Shown here: positions 44,712-51,883 of the stretch, piece by piece
Numbering within the stretch: the first letter of the stretch is position 1
How the letters are laid out: each line of letters starts with the position of its first letter
Source: a bacterium
GTDB lineage: Bacteria > Patescibacteriota > Minisyncoccia > Minisyncoccales > CG1-02-41-26
Length of the DNA: 64,000 nt
Direction: 5' to 3'
NCBI GenBank assembly: GCA_030603395.1
Contig: JAUVXX010000001.1
Location: 104,921-168,920 of the forward strand
The notes under the pieces: model-generated
Told to the model about the DNA's origin: nothing
What the model saw: only the letters and a program-made list of their open reading frames with translations
Database searches by the model: none
Program-made: the position numbers and the translations under genes

Positions 44712-46214
44712 TTATAACACCTCCTCTCCAGTCATTAGCAATTCAACCTCTTCTATAGTTAGTTTCTCATCTTTTTCTAAACCTCTTATCTCTCCCTCAA
44801 ACATTACTCCGATTCGATTACTTAAGGAGACTATTTCCTCTAAGTCCTCAGAGACCAAAAGGATCGTTGCCCCCTTCTCTTGCTGTTCTCTGAAAATCTC
44901 CCGGATCCGTTGGGTAGTCCTTACATCCAATCCAAAAGTGGGATGGACAGCAATAATCACTCTGGCTTCCCGCGAGAGCTCTCTGGCTAAGATTAGTATC
45001 TGTCTGTTACCGCCAGAAAGGAATTCAACCGGGGTATTTAAGTTAGGGGTAGCAATATTGTATTCAGAAACTAAATCTCGGGCATATTTACCGATAACTT
45101 TAGAGTTCAAGAACATCCAGCCAGAGAAAGGTTGTTGGCCATAGTTGATTAAGATGAAGTTTTTTAACACACTCAAGCTGGGAACGATTCCCGTTCTCCT
45201 GTCCTCTGGAATGTAGGCTACTCCTTTATCCAGGATTTTTCTGGGAGAAAGATTGGTGATATCCTCTCCCCCTATCATTACCTTCCCTTTGATGGGTTTT
45301 CTTAGACCCCTCACTATCTCCACTAATTCTCTCTGTCCGTTACCCGCTACCCCAGCGATTCCTAAAACCTCTCCACAGGAAATCTTAAAAGAGACACCTT
45401 TGACTGCTGGTAGCTTTTTGTAGCCAAAAGCCCAGACATCTCTAACCTCAAGAGCCTTTTCTTTTTTTTTGACTGGTTTGGTTTTGGACTCAACTTTTAA
45501 TTCCTCACCAACCATCATTTTGATTAACTCTTCTTTATTGGTCTTTGAGGTTTCCAATGTCTTGACGATTTTACCATTTCTCAAAATAGTTACCCGATGA
45601 GAAATGGTCATCACCTCTTCCAGTTTGTGGGCAATAAAGATTACCGAACGTCCCTCCTGGGTCATTCTCCGCAATAGCGAAAACAGCTCTTCAATTTCTG
45701 GTAGAACCAAGGTGGTAGTGGGTTCATCTAGAATGAGGATTTCCGGGTCGCGAGCCAATACTTTAAGGATTTCTACCTTCTGCTGTTCTCCAACTGAGAG
45801 TTGCTCTACCGATGCTTGAGGATTCACTTTCAAACCATATCTTCTGGAAAGCTGTTCAATCTTTTTAGCAACCTGTCCCACCGGAAAGAAGGGTTTGGAC
45901 CAGCGGAGACCCAAAGCGACATTTTCTGCCACGCTTAGAGAAGGAATGGGTTCTGGAATCTGAGGAACTTTGCCGATTCCTTGCTTGATGGCATCGGCAG
46001 GTGAGCTGATCTTAGTTTCCTTGCCGCGGATGTAGATTTTTCCTCGGTCTGCTTGGTAGAGTCCGTACAGGATATTCATCAGGGTCGTTTTCCCGGCTCC
46101 ATTCTCGCCCAAAAGAGCGTGAATTTCACCTTTTTCAAGTTCAAAGTTCACCTCATTATTAGCAATCACTTCTGAAAATCTCTTGGTAATATTTTCCATC
46201 TTAACGACAGACAT
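44712..46214 (-). CDS. ABC transporter ATP-binding protein (two fused ATPase domains)
   Basis: GENGAGKTT and LSVGEQQKVEI in the first half. GVAGNGQRE and LSGGNRQIL in the second half. I prefer ATG 46214 (SD gaggtg 6 nt upstream) over the ORF-track start at 46253. Confidence 0.9.
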   Translation of the reverse strand: MSVVKMENITKRFSEVIANNEVNFELEKGEIHALLGENGAGKTTLMNILYGLYQADRGKIYIRGKETKISSPADAIKQGIGKVPQIPEPIPSLSVAENVALGLRWSKPFFPVGQVAKKIEQLSRRYGLKVNPQASVEQLSVGEQQKVEILKVLARDPEILILDEPTTTLVLPEIEELFSLLRRMTQEGRSVIFIAHKLEEVMTISHRVTILRNGKIVKTLETSKTNKEELIKMMVGEELKVESKTKPVKKKEKALEVRDVWAFGYKKLPAVKGVSFKISCGEVLGIAGVAGNGQRELVEIVRGLRKPIKGKVMIGGEDITNLSPRKILDKGVAYIPEDRRTGIVPSLSVLKNFILINYGQQPFSGWMFLNSKVIGKYARDLVSEYNIATPNLNTPVEFLSGGNRQILILARELSREARVIIAVHPTFGLDVRTTQRIREIFREQQEKGATILLVSEDLEEIVSLSNRIGVMFEGEIRGLEKDEKLTIEEVELLMTGEEVL

Positions 46215-46455
46215 AGCTTTCACCTCTTTCTTTAAGATTTTTTTATCGTTCAAGGGTCTTAAAGACCCGTCCCTATTTAGTTTTAAAGAACTAACCAGTA
46301 TTTATTTTTAAATGAGCTGGTTAATTTTCAATGAGCAAAATTCAAAAACTATCTGAATACCTCGGTTTACCATATCCGACAGACTGTGTCAAGTTGCAAA
46401 AATTAACTGAAAAGCGTATCTTAAATTATATAAAAACGAAAATCAGTCCTGTCGC

Positions 46456-46530
46456 GCCCCCGTAGCTTAATGGACAGAGCAATGGCCTCCGGAGCCATAA
46501 ATCCAGGTTCAATTCCTGGTGGGGGCACCA
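46456..46530 (+). tRNA. tRNA-Arg (anticodon CCG), CCA encoded
   Basis: Cloverleaf folded by hand. Acceptor gcccccg/tgggggc and D arm gctt/gagc. Anticodon stem atggc/gccat with loop ctCCGga. T arm ccagg-ttcaatt-cctgg, then a-cca. Confidence 0.9.
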
Positions 46531-46568
46531 AGAAGAGTTAAGAATTAAAAATTGTGGTACAATAAGAT

Positions 46569-47135
46569 ATGGTGAACAAATCAAGCTATAAAATCGTTGT
46601 TTCCGGGGCGGCCGACGTTAGCCACTGCTGCCCCAAGATAAAAGAACTGTCAGAAGAAATCGGTAAGGAGGTTATTAAACAGGGCGGCGTTTTGTTAACC
46701 GGAGCCACCACCGGTGCCCCTTATTTCGCTGCCAGAGGCGCCAAAAAAGCTCAAGGCATGAGCATTGGTTTCTCACCCGCCAACACCGAGAAAGAACACA
46801 TTAAAAAATATCGCTTACCCACCGATTATTTTGATTTGATTATTTATACCGGCTTTGATTACGTTGGCCGTAACCTAATTTTAACCAAGGCGGCCGAAGG
46901 GGTAATTATTATCTGCGGCAGGACAGGCACCTTAAACGAATTTACCGTTGCTTTTGAATCAAAAACTCCCATTGGGGTTTTACAGGGTTCTGGCGGCACG
47001 GCTGATTTGATAGATGAAGTTTTAAAAAGAGGCTACCGGCCCAAAACAAAAATTGTCTTTGACAGAAACCCCAAAAAGTTGGTTCAAAAGTTAATTTCCT
47101 TAATCAAAAAAGAAAAAAGGTCGAATCAATCTTAA
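46569..47135 (+). CDS. TIGR00725/LOG-like (SLOG) Rossmann-fold protein
   Basis: VVSGAADVS.., LLTGATTGAPY.. and ICGRTGTLNEF.. match the LOG/TIGR00725 layout as I remember it. Confidence 0.55.
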   Translation: MVNKSSYKIVVSGAADVSHCCPKIKELSEEIGKEVIKQGGVLLTGATTGAPYFAARGAKKAQGMSIGFSPANTEKEHIKKYRLPTDYFDLIIYTGFDYVGRNLILTKAAEGVIIICGRTGTLNEFTVAFESKTPIGVLQGSGGTADLIDEVLKRGYRPKTKIVFDRNPKKLVQKLISLIKKEKRSNQS

Positions 47136-47151
47136 TTTTCAATTTTCAATC

Positions 47152-47415
47152 ATGCCAAAAGAAAAAGAAGGAAAATTAATCGGCAGGATTACTCATTATT
47201 TTGATAAAATTGAGGTTGGCGTTATTGAATTGACAGCTTCCTTGGCGGTCGGTGATACCATCAGGGTGGTCGGAGGAGAAAACACTGATTTTTCGCAGGA
47301 GGTTGAGTCAATGGAGGTTGAGCACGAGAAGATTAAAAAAGCTAAAAAGGGAAATTCAGTTGGCTTGAAAATAAAAGAGAAAGTCAGAGAGGGCTACAAG
47401 GTCTACAAAGTGTAA
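47152..47415 (+). CDS. Small EF-Tu-domain-2-like beta-barrel protein (translation elongation factor-like)
   Basis: GRITHYFDKIEVGVIELTASLAVGDTIRVVG..TDFSQEVESMEVEH resembles the 85-90-aa family annotated as elongation-factor-like. Confidence 0.5.
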   Translation: MPKEKEGKLIGRITHYFDKIEVGVIELTASLAVGDTIRVVGGENTDFSQEVESMEVEHEKIKKAKKGNSVGLKIKEKVREGYKVYKV

Positions 47416-47434
47416 TATCCAAAAGTTTTGACAT

Positions 47435-47929
47435 TTGAATTTTGTCATTTGGATTTTAATGTTTATGTCCTTTGATATTTTTCAACTTCAACCGTTTTTA
47501 CAACTTCTATTGGCCGCTTTTTTGGGGGCTCTGATTGGTTTGGAAAGGGAATATAAAAGAAAAGAGGCCGGGCTTAAAACTTTTGCTCTGGTTTCTTTCG
47601 GAGCTTGTTTTTTCACCACGGTAGCTGTTTATCTCAGTTCTCAATCTCACTTAGCTTCGGTCATCCGGATTGACCCTACCAGGGTAATCCAGGCAGTGGC
47701 TATCGGCATTGGTTTTATTGGTTCTGGTCTAATTATTCACCAGAGGGGTCAGATTGAGGGATTAACTACCGCAGCCGCCTTGTGGGCGGTGGCTGCCATT
47801 GGCATTGGCGTTGGAGTCAAGTTGTATTTCTTAGCCATTTTAGGAGCTTTTCTGGTCGTTGGAATTTTGGCTGGCTTCAGATTAATCGAAGAGAGACTTT
47901 TTCACAAAAAATCAGAAGAAGATGAGTGA
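47435..47929 (+). CDS. MgtC/SapB family membrane protein
   Basis: GALIGLEREYKRKEAGLKTFALVSFGA signature. The ORF-track start is a TTG; ATG at 47459 or 47465 is the likelier start. Confidence 0.8.
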   Translation: MNFVIWILMFMSFDIFQLQPFLQLLLAAFLGALIGLEREYKRKEAGLKTFALVSFGACFFTTVAVYLSSQSHLASVIRIDPTRVIQAVAIGIGFIGSGLIIHQRGQIEGLTTAAALWAVAAIGIGVGVKLYFLAILGAFLVVGILAGFRLIEERLFHKKSEEDE

Positions 47930-49049
47930 CAAAACGTCTCTTTTGGCTGCGGCCTCCCTGATTGGAACAATCATCGGGGCTGGAATTTTTGGCATCCCCT
48001 ACGTTATGGCAAAAAGCGGAGTTCTTTTTTGCCTTTTTTATTTTTTAATTTTAGGGGTGGTAGTTATTACCTTACATTTACTTTACGGTGAGATTGTTTT
48101 AAGGACCAAGGGAAGACATCGAATCGTAGGTTATACCGAAAAGTATCTGGGTAAAAAAGCTAAATTCATCATTGGTGTTTCAGCTATCGTGGGGGCGGTC
48201 GGCGCTCTTTTAGCTTACCTGATTTTAGCCGGTCATTTTTTAAACATCATTTTCCCTTCGCTGAGCTCTTTGCAGCTCAGTTTGATTGCCTGGGTTATTT
48301 TATCCTTTTTTGTTTTTTGGGGAATAAAATCAATCGCCTGGTCAGAACTTTTCTTGGGCATTGGTTTTCTTGTTGTCATTTTTCTGATTTTCTTTTTTAG
48401 TCTTCCAAAAATTGACCCCGGAAATTTTATTTTAACCAACAAAAACTTTATTTTCTTGCCTTACGGAATAATTCTTTTCAGCTTAATTGGCTGGAATGCC
48501 ATCCCGGAAATTGAGGGAATCTTATCCAATAAAAGAAATCTCAAAAAAGTGATTTTTGGGAGTTTAATAATTGTTCTGGGGTTCACTTTCCTGTTCGGCT
48601 TAATCATCAGCGGAGTAACCGGTGGAGCTACCACCGAGGAGGCCTTTCAGGGGCTTCTTCCCATATTGGGTCACAAGATTATGATTCTGGGAGGACTCTT
48701 TGGTTTTTTTGCGGTAGCCACCTCTTTTTTGGTTATCGGCAATTATCTTAAAAACACCCTGCGTTTCGATTATAAACTTCCTTATCTTCTCAGTTTTGTC
48801 ATCGCCTGCTTCAGCCCCTTGGTTTTGTTCCTGGCTGGCTTCAAGGAATTTATTTTGGTGATTGGTTTTGTCGGCGTCTTGTTGGGCCTGGTTGAGGGCA
48901 CAGCCATCGCTTTAATTTACCAAAAAGCCAAAAAAACAGGGGAGAGAGTTCCGGAATACAGTTTAAAGATTCCCCGTCCCCTGATTTATTTCACCATAGC
49001 AATCTTAATTTTTGGAACAGTCAGTTATCTTCTCGGCTTCTTCGGCTGA
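47922..49049 (+). CDS. Amino-acid permease-like transporter (11 TM)
   Basis: N-terminal SLIGTIIGAGIFGIPYVMAKSG is typical of the aromatic/hydroxy amino-acid permease family. Confidence 0.65.
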   Translation: MSDKTSLLAAASLIGTIIGAGIFGIPYVMAKSGVLFCLFYFLILGVVVITLHLLYGEIVLRTKGRHRIVGYTEKYLGKKAKFIIGVSAIVGAVGALLAYLILAGHFLNIIFPSLSSLQLSLIAWVILSFFVFWGIKSIAWSELFLGIGFLVVIFLIFFFSLPKIDPGNFILTNKNFIFLPYGIILFSLIGWNAIPEIEGILSNKRNLKKVIFGSLIIVLGFTFLFGLIISGVTGGATTEEAFQGLLPILGHKIMILGGLFGFFAVATSFLVIGNYLKNTLRFDYKLPYLLSFVIACFSPLVLFLAGFKEFILVIGFVGVLLGLVEGTAIALIYQKAKKTGERVPEYSLKIPRPLIYFTIAILIFGTVSYLLGFFG

Positions 49050-49064
49050 ATTGATAAGTTTCCC

Positions 49065-49093
49065 TTGATTTTTCTCGGAAAATCTGCTATAAT
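49065..49093 (+). promoter_or_regulatory. Near-consensus promoter (TTGATT-17 nt-TATAAT)
   Basis: TTGATT 49065-49070 and TATAAT 49088-49093. Followed by SD gggaggagg and the ATG at 49136. Confidence 0.6.
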
Positions 49094-49135
49094 TCAGGTG
49101 GTTAAAAAAAATAAATAAGGGAGGAGGTGACTGAA

Positions 49136-49462
49136 ATGGCAGTAAATGTTGTGGAAATAGGGGGTATCGAGACGGAAGTTGTTAAAGTCTCAAAAGATAA
49201 AACTAAGGTGAGGGTAAGGGCTGGCCCGTACATCATACCTCTTGAGAGAAGAGGTAATGGCTACATAGGAAAAGTAGAAGGAGAAAGGTCCTATTTCCTT
49301 TCTATTCGTGCATACACTTCGCGGCCTATCCCAAAAAGTTGTTTTGTAGCAGCACGAACAAGGGCCGACGCGATCCTTCCCAGTTCCGGACGACACCCGA
49401 ACCCGAAGAAAGTCGAAAAAGAAAGAAAAGAACCATTCCAATCGATGTTCCCATTCAACTAA
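49136..49462 (+). CDS. Hypothetical 108-aa protein
   Basis: Promoter, strong SD and a downstream 13-bp hairpin bracket it. I prefer ATG 49136 over the GTG at 49127. No family recognised. Confidence 0.5.
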   Translation: MAVNVVEIGGIETEVVKVSKDKTKVRVRAGPYIIPLERRGNGYIGKVEGERSYFLSIRAYTSRPIPKSCFVAARTRADAILPSSGRHPNPKKVEKERKEPFQSMFPFN

Positions 49463-49498
49463 AGGCGTAACTCTCTTTTTGTCCGGAGTTACGCCTTT
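49461..49498 (+). terminator. 13-bp perfect hairpin after orphan gene
   Basis: aaaggcgtaactc (49461-49473) pairs with gagttacgccttt (49486-49498). There is no long U tract after it. Confidence 0.45.
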
Positions 49499-49604
49499 AC
49501 CATTTCTGAACTACTCTCCCTCTTTACAAGCCTTCTCAAAACTGCTAAGGTAAAAGATACTCAAGATAAAGGTCGCGTAGTTTTTAGAGTATAAAATATT
49601 TATT

Positions 49605-49976
49605 ATGGCTAATGAAGTTATAAAAAAAGATGGGTCAAAGCAGCCCTTTGATCCTGAAAAGATTAAGAATTCAATTAAAGGAGCTGCTGCGCGCACCGAA
49701 CTCTCAGAAGAAAGACAAAATGAGGTAGTAGAGCAGGTAGCAACAGCAGTAATCCAGCTGGCTGACGCTAAAGAAGAAATAGCCACCAGTGAAATTAGAG
49801 AGAATATTCTCAGTGAATTAGACAAAGTTGAACCTACTGTTTCAGAAGCTTGGAAAAAGTACGAAGAAGAGAAGGGTGCCGGCGGTGAAGAGAGCGCAGG
49901 CGGAGAAGCTGGTGAGGCCGGTGGAGCCCCCGAGACTCCCGAAACTCCCAAGACTCCCGAAACTCCCGAGGTCTAA
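49605..49976 (+). CDS. Stand-alone ATP-cone domain protein with acidic Gly/Glu and ETP-repeat tail
   Basis: VIKKDGSKQPFDPEKIKNSI.. matches the ATP-cone start. There is no NrdR zinc ribbon and no RNR catalytic domain. Tail: GAGGEESAGGEAGEAGGAPETPETPKTPETPEV. Confidence 0.75.
   Translation: MANEVIKKDGSKQPFDPEKIKNSIKGAAARTELSEERQNEVVEQVATAVIQLADAKEEIATSEIRENILSELDKVEPTVSEAWKKYEEEKGAGGEESAGGEAGEAGGAPETPETPKTPETPEV
49932..49967 (+). repeat. 4 x 9-nt tandem repeat (RARACTCCC) encoding (E/K)TP units
   Basis: gagactccc gaaactccc aagactccc gaaactccc. Confidence 0.85.
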
Positions 49977-50004
49977 GATAAAGGATTTTACACATTGCTG
50001 ACAA

Positions 50005-50030
50005 AAAAGCGCCCCTCTCGGGGCGCTTTT
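50005..50030 (+). terminator. Intrinsic terminator
   Basis: aaaa gcgcccc tctc ggggcgc tttt. 7-bp GC stem with A and T runs on either side. Confidence 0.7.
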
Positions 50031-50053
50031 GAATTAGTCCTCTTTCCCATTTC

Positions 50054-50082
50054 CTTGACAAATTATCCTCTATTCTATATAA
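50054..50082 (+). promoter_or_regulatory. Perfect consensus promoter (TTGACA-17 nt-TATAAT)
   Basis: TTGACA 50054-50059 and TATAAT 50077-50082. Confidence 0.6.
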
Positions 50083-50164
50083 TGTGGAACATCAGTTCTT
50101 TTTATGAAGTAAATATTGATAACTATTGGCTGAACAAAAACAAGAACAAAAAGGAGGTTTAAGA

Positions 50165-50962
50165 ATGAAGAACGTAATAAGAAAGAAAGATTTTTGGGGA
50201 ATTATGTTTGTAGTTTTTCTGTTTTTGGGTCTTATTTATCTTGTGTTGGGACTCCCTCTCACCTTTCTTTTAATAGCGATGGAATGGGTATTGCTAATGA
50301 GTATTTTCTCTATATTCAGAGCTTTTAAAAGAAGAGGGGTTAAAGCTGTCAACCAGCAAGCGGCAGCTTTCGTCAAGGGCCACTTCATAAAATTGTCTGA
50401 CACAGATAATAGCCGCTTTAATGCTATTGTCAACAGGGGCAAACCATATCTGGCGATTGCTAAGTCCAAATGGGTCATTGGCTTGTTTTTGCTCTTAGCA
50501 ACTGTTTTCTGTTTCTTCCGCTCCGTTGATATTTCCTTCACTCACCCAGTTTATGGTGGGACAGAGGTAATTAGCTTTTACGTCATTGCTTCTACTCTTG
50601 CCTGGATTGTCTTCAGCTCTATGGTCCTGGTGATGTGGTTGGCGGCGAGACTACCGAGAATCTGCTACGAAAGAGCAAGTTTTTATGCTCTACCGGCCAA
50701 AGAGGAGGAAAGAGAAGACATAGAGGTAATCAAGGGTCATGAGGGAAAGATGATTGTAAAACAAGAAAACGGTTGTCTCCTGTCGTCGTATCGCCTTGCG
50801 CTGATTATGATAGAAAATAAAGAAAGTATTCCAACCGGTAGATTGGAGACTGGAGATGTTCTTTGCCTTGGAGATAAACCAGTATTGTCAAACAAGGAAA
50901 TGGAAGAAGGAGAGGTCCAGAAAGATTTTTTAAAGGAAAAAAAGTCAATAGTTTTCTACTAA
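50165..50962 (+). CDS. Hypothetical membrane protein (4 predicted TM, soluble C-terminal domain)
   Basis: I prefer ATG 50165, preceded by aaaggaggt, over the ORF-track TTG at 50126. Hydrophobic helices at FWGIMFVVFLFLGLIYLVL.. and IGLFLLLATVF... No family recognised. Confidence 0.5.
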   Translation: MKNVIRKKDFWGIMFVVFLFLGLIYLVLGLPLTFLLIAMEWVLLMSIFSIFRAFKRRGVKAVNQQAAAFVKGHFIKLSDTDNSRFNAIVNRGKPYLAIAKSKWVIGLFLLLATVFCFFRSVDISFTHPVYGGTEVISFYVIASTLAWIVFSSMVLVMWLAARLPRICYERASFYALPAKEEEREDIEVIKGHEGKMIVKQENGCLLSSYRLALIMIENKESIPTGRLETGDVLCLGDKPVLSNKEMEEGEVQKDFLKEKKSIVFY

Positions 50963-51035
50963 GTTCGTCTTAAAAAGGGGGTTGCTCCGGCAGCCCTCTT
51001 TTCCATTTTTACTTGCCCTGAGCCTTACCGAAGGG

Positions 51036-51064
51036 TTGACAAATCACCCTTTATTCCATAAGGT
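51036..51064 (+). promoter_or_regulatory. Candidate promoter (TTGACA-17 nt-TAAGGT)
   Basis: TTGACA 51036-51041 with a weak -10 TAAGGT at 51059-51064. Confidence 0.35.
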
Positions 51065-51117
51065 GAAGCAGAAGGTCTTTAACAGTAAACCATCCTCTAA
51101 ATAGGAGGCAAAAGAAA

Positions 51118-51270
51118 ATGTTTTGGAAATTTTGGAAACCAAGACTGATATGTCCAAAGTGCGGAAAAAGGGCAAAGCCTCGCCAGTATTACGAGGAACA
51201 AGCTGAATGCCAGAATCTTCCAGAATGTGGCTATACAGGAAAGATAGAGGAATTCAGGCCAAAGAAATGA
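51118..51270 (+). CDS. 50-aa zinc-ribbon small protein
   Basis: My translation: MFWKFWKPRLICPKCGKRAKPRQYYEEQAECQNLPECGYTGKIEEFRPKK*. CPxCG...CxxxxxCG pairs. SD aggagg 8 nt upstream. Not in the ORF track (<60 aa). Confidence 0.55.
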   Translation: MFWKFWKPRLICPKCGKRAKPRQYYEEQAECQNLPECGYTGKIEEFRPKK

Positions 51271-51271
51271 A

Positions 51272-51356
51272 GGAGAGGCGGCGTAGCCAAATTTGGAAAG
51301 GTCAGGGACCGCCACATCCCTGATTCTTAGTTCAAATTCCAAGCGTCGCCCCTCCA
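51272..51356 (+). ncRNA. tRNA-like structured element (possible degenerate tRNA / pseudo-tRNA)
   Basis: A 12-bp closing helix (51272-51283 with 51344-51355, 1 mismatch). D-arm-like GCC-AAATTTGGAAA-GGT. A 7-bp hairpin with an 8-nt loop. T-arm-like CTTAG-TTCAAATT-CCAAG with one mismatch and one extra nt. Does not fold as a canonical tRNA. Confidence 0.35.
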
Positions 51357-51362
51357 AAATCT

Positions 51363-51390
51363 TGCCCTTGACTCAACTAGGGCATTTTTT
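51363..51390 (+). terminator. Intrinsic terminator
   Basis: tgccct (51363-51368) pairs with agggca (51379-51384), followed by tttttt (51385-51390). Confidence 0.6.
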
Positions 51391-51428
51391 CTTGCCAAAT
51401 CAACCAAAAAGAGGCAAAATTAAAATAT

Positions 51429-51557
51429 ATGAGTAAAAAATCTCCCAGACAAAAGAAAGGCAAAAACCTTTTATCAAAAAACATTGCTCCCCGGCATTGG
51501 GGCTTAGCCGCTCGCCTCAAACACACCAGAATCAAAGGCAAACAAAGAAGAAAATGA
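51429..51557 (+). CDS. 42-aa highly basic small ORF (speculative)
   Basis: My translation: MSKKSPRQKKGKNLLSKNIAPRHWGLAARLKHTRIKGKQRRK*. No convincing SD. Could be non-coding. Confidence 0.25.
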   Translation: MSKKSPRQKKGKNLLSKNIAPRHWGLAARLKHTRIKGKQRRK

Positions 51558-51582
51558 AAGCTAGGTAGGGCTTGTAATATAA

Positions 51583-51617
51583 GTTAACCTATGTTAACCT
51601 AATAGAGAAAGGTTAAC
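51583..51617 (+). promoter_or_regulatory. Three GTTAACCT boxes (two direct, one inverted) upstream of HTH gene: candidate operator
   Basis: GTTAACC at 51583-51589 and 51593-51599, 10 nt apart. The inverted GGTTAAC at 51611-51617 ends 9 nt before the ATG. Confidence 0.45.
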
Positions 51618-51625
51618 ATAAATTT

Positions 51626-51883
51626 ATGGAGGATAAAAAATTCATCTCAACAATAGAATTAGCAAAAATTTTGGGTATTAGCCGAATAGCTGTCTATAAA
51701 AAAATTAAGAGTGGTAAAATTAAAGCCAAAAAAGTTGGTCGCAATTTTGTGATTGCCAAAAAAGATTTAGGTGGCATTACTGGAAAAGAATTAACCAAGA
51801 GACAAAAATCAGAGATTGAAAAAGCAGTTAGGAAGACTATCAGGGAATATGGAGAGACTTTAAGGTTACTTGGCTCAACATGA
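51626..51883 (+). CDS. Excisionase-family HTH DNA-binding protein (probable antitoxin/regulator of Doc)
   Basis: ISTIELAKILGISRIAVYKKIKSGKIKAKKVGRNFVI matches the excisionase/MerR-type HTH. ATGA overlap with the doc-like gene. Confidence 0.75.
   Translation: MEDKKFISTIELAKILGISRIAVYKKIKSGKIKAKKVGRNFVIAKKDLGGITGKELTKRQKSEIEKAVRKTIREYGETLRLLGST

Noticed and set aside
44611-45144. 177-aa + strand ORF
   Set aside because: It is antisense to the permease/ATPase junction of the ABC operon, whose frames carry clear Walker and signature motifs.
47419-47460. TTGACA-containing inverted repeat (tgacatttgaattttgtca) upstream of mgtC as a promoter/operator
   Set aside because: No acceptable -10 box lies at 16-18 nt spacing. 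The 5-bp arms are too short to separate from chance in AT-rich DNA.
49511-49951. 146-aa ORF on the - strand, rich in Ser/Pro/Ala
   Set aside because: It is entirely antisense to the ATP-cone gene and mirrors its low-complexity repeat tail. It has no start context of its own. The ATP-cone frame has a recognisable domain, so this is a shadow ORF.
51272-51356. Calling this element a functional canonical tRNA (it starts GGAGAGG like some tRNA-Ser/Tyr genes and has a GTTCAAAT T-loop-like string)
   Set aside because: Hand folding gives an 8-nt anticodon-type loop without U33 and a T stem with an A-C mismatch. The T loop has one extra nt, and the closing helix is 12 bp rather than 7. It is kept only as a tRNA-like or pseudo-tRNA candidate.
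51097-51357. 86-aa ORF on the - strand
   Set aside because: It covers the zinc-ribbon mini-ORF (which has a strong SD on the + strand) and the tRNA-like element. The + strand promoter and terminator signals explain the region better.
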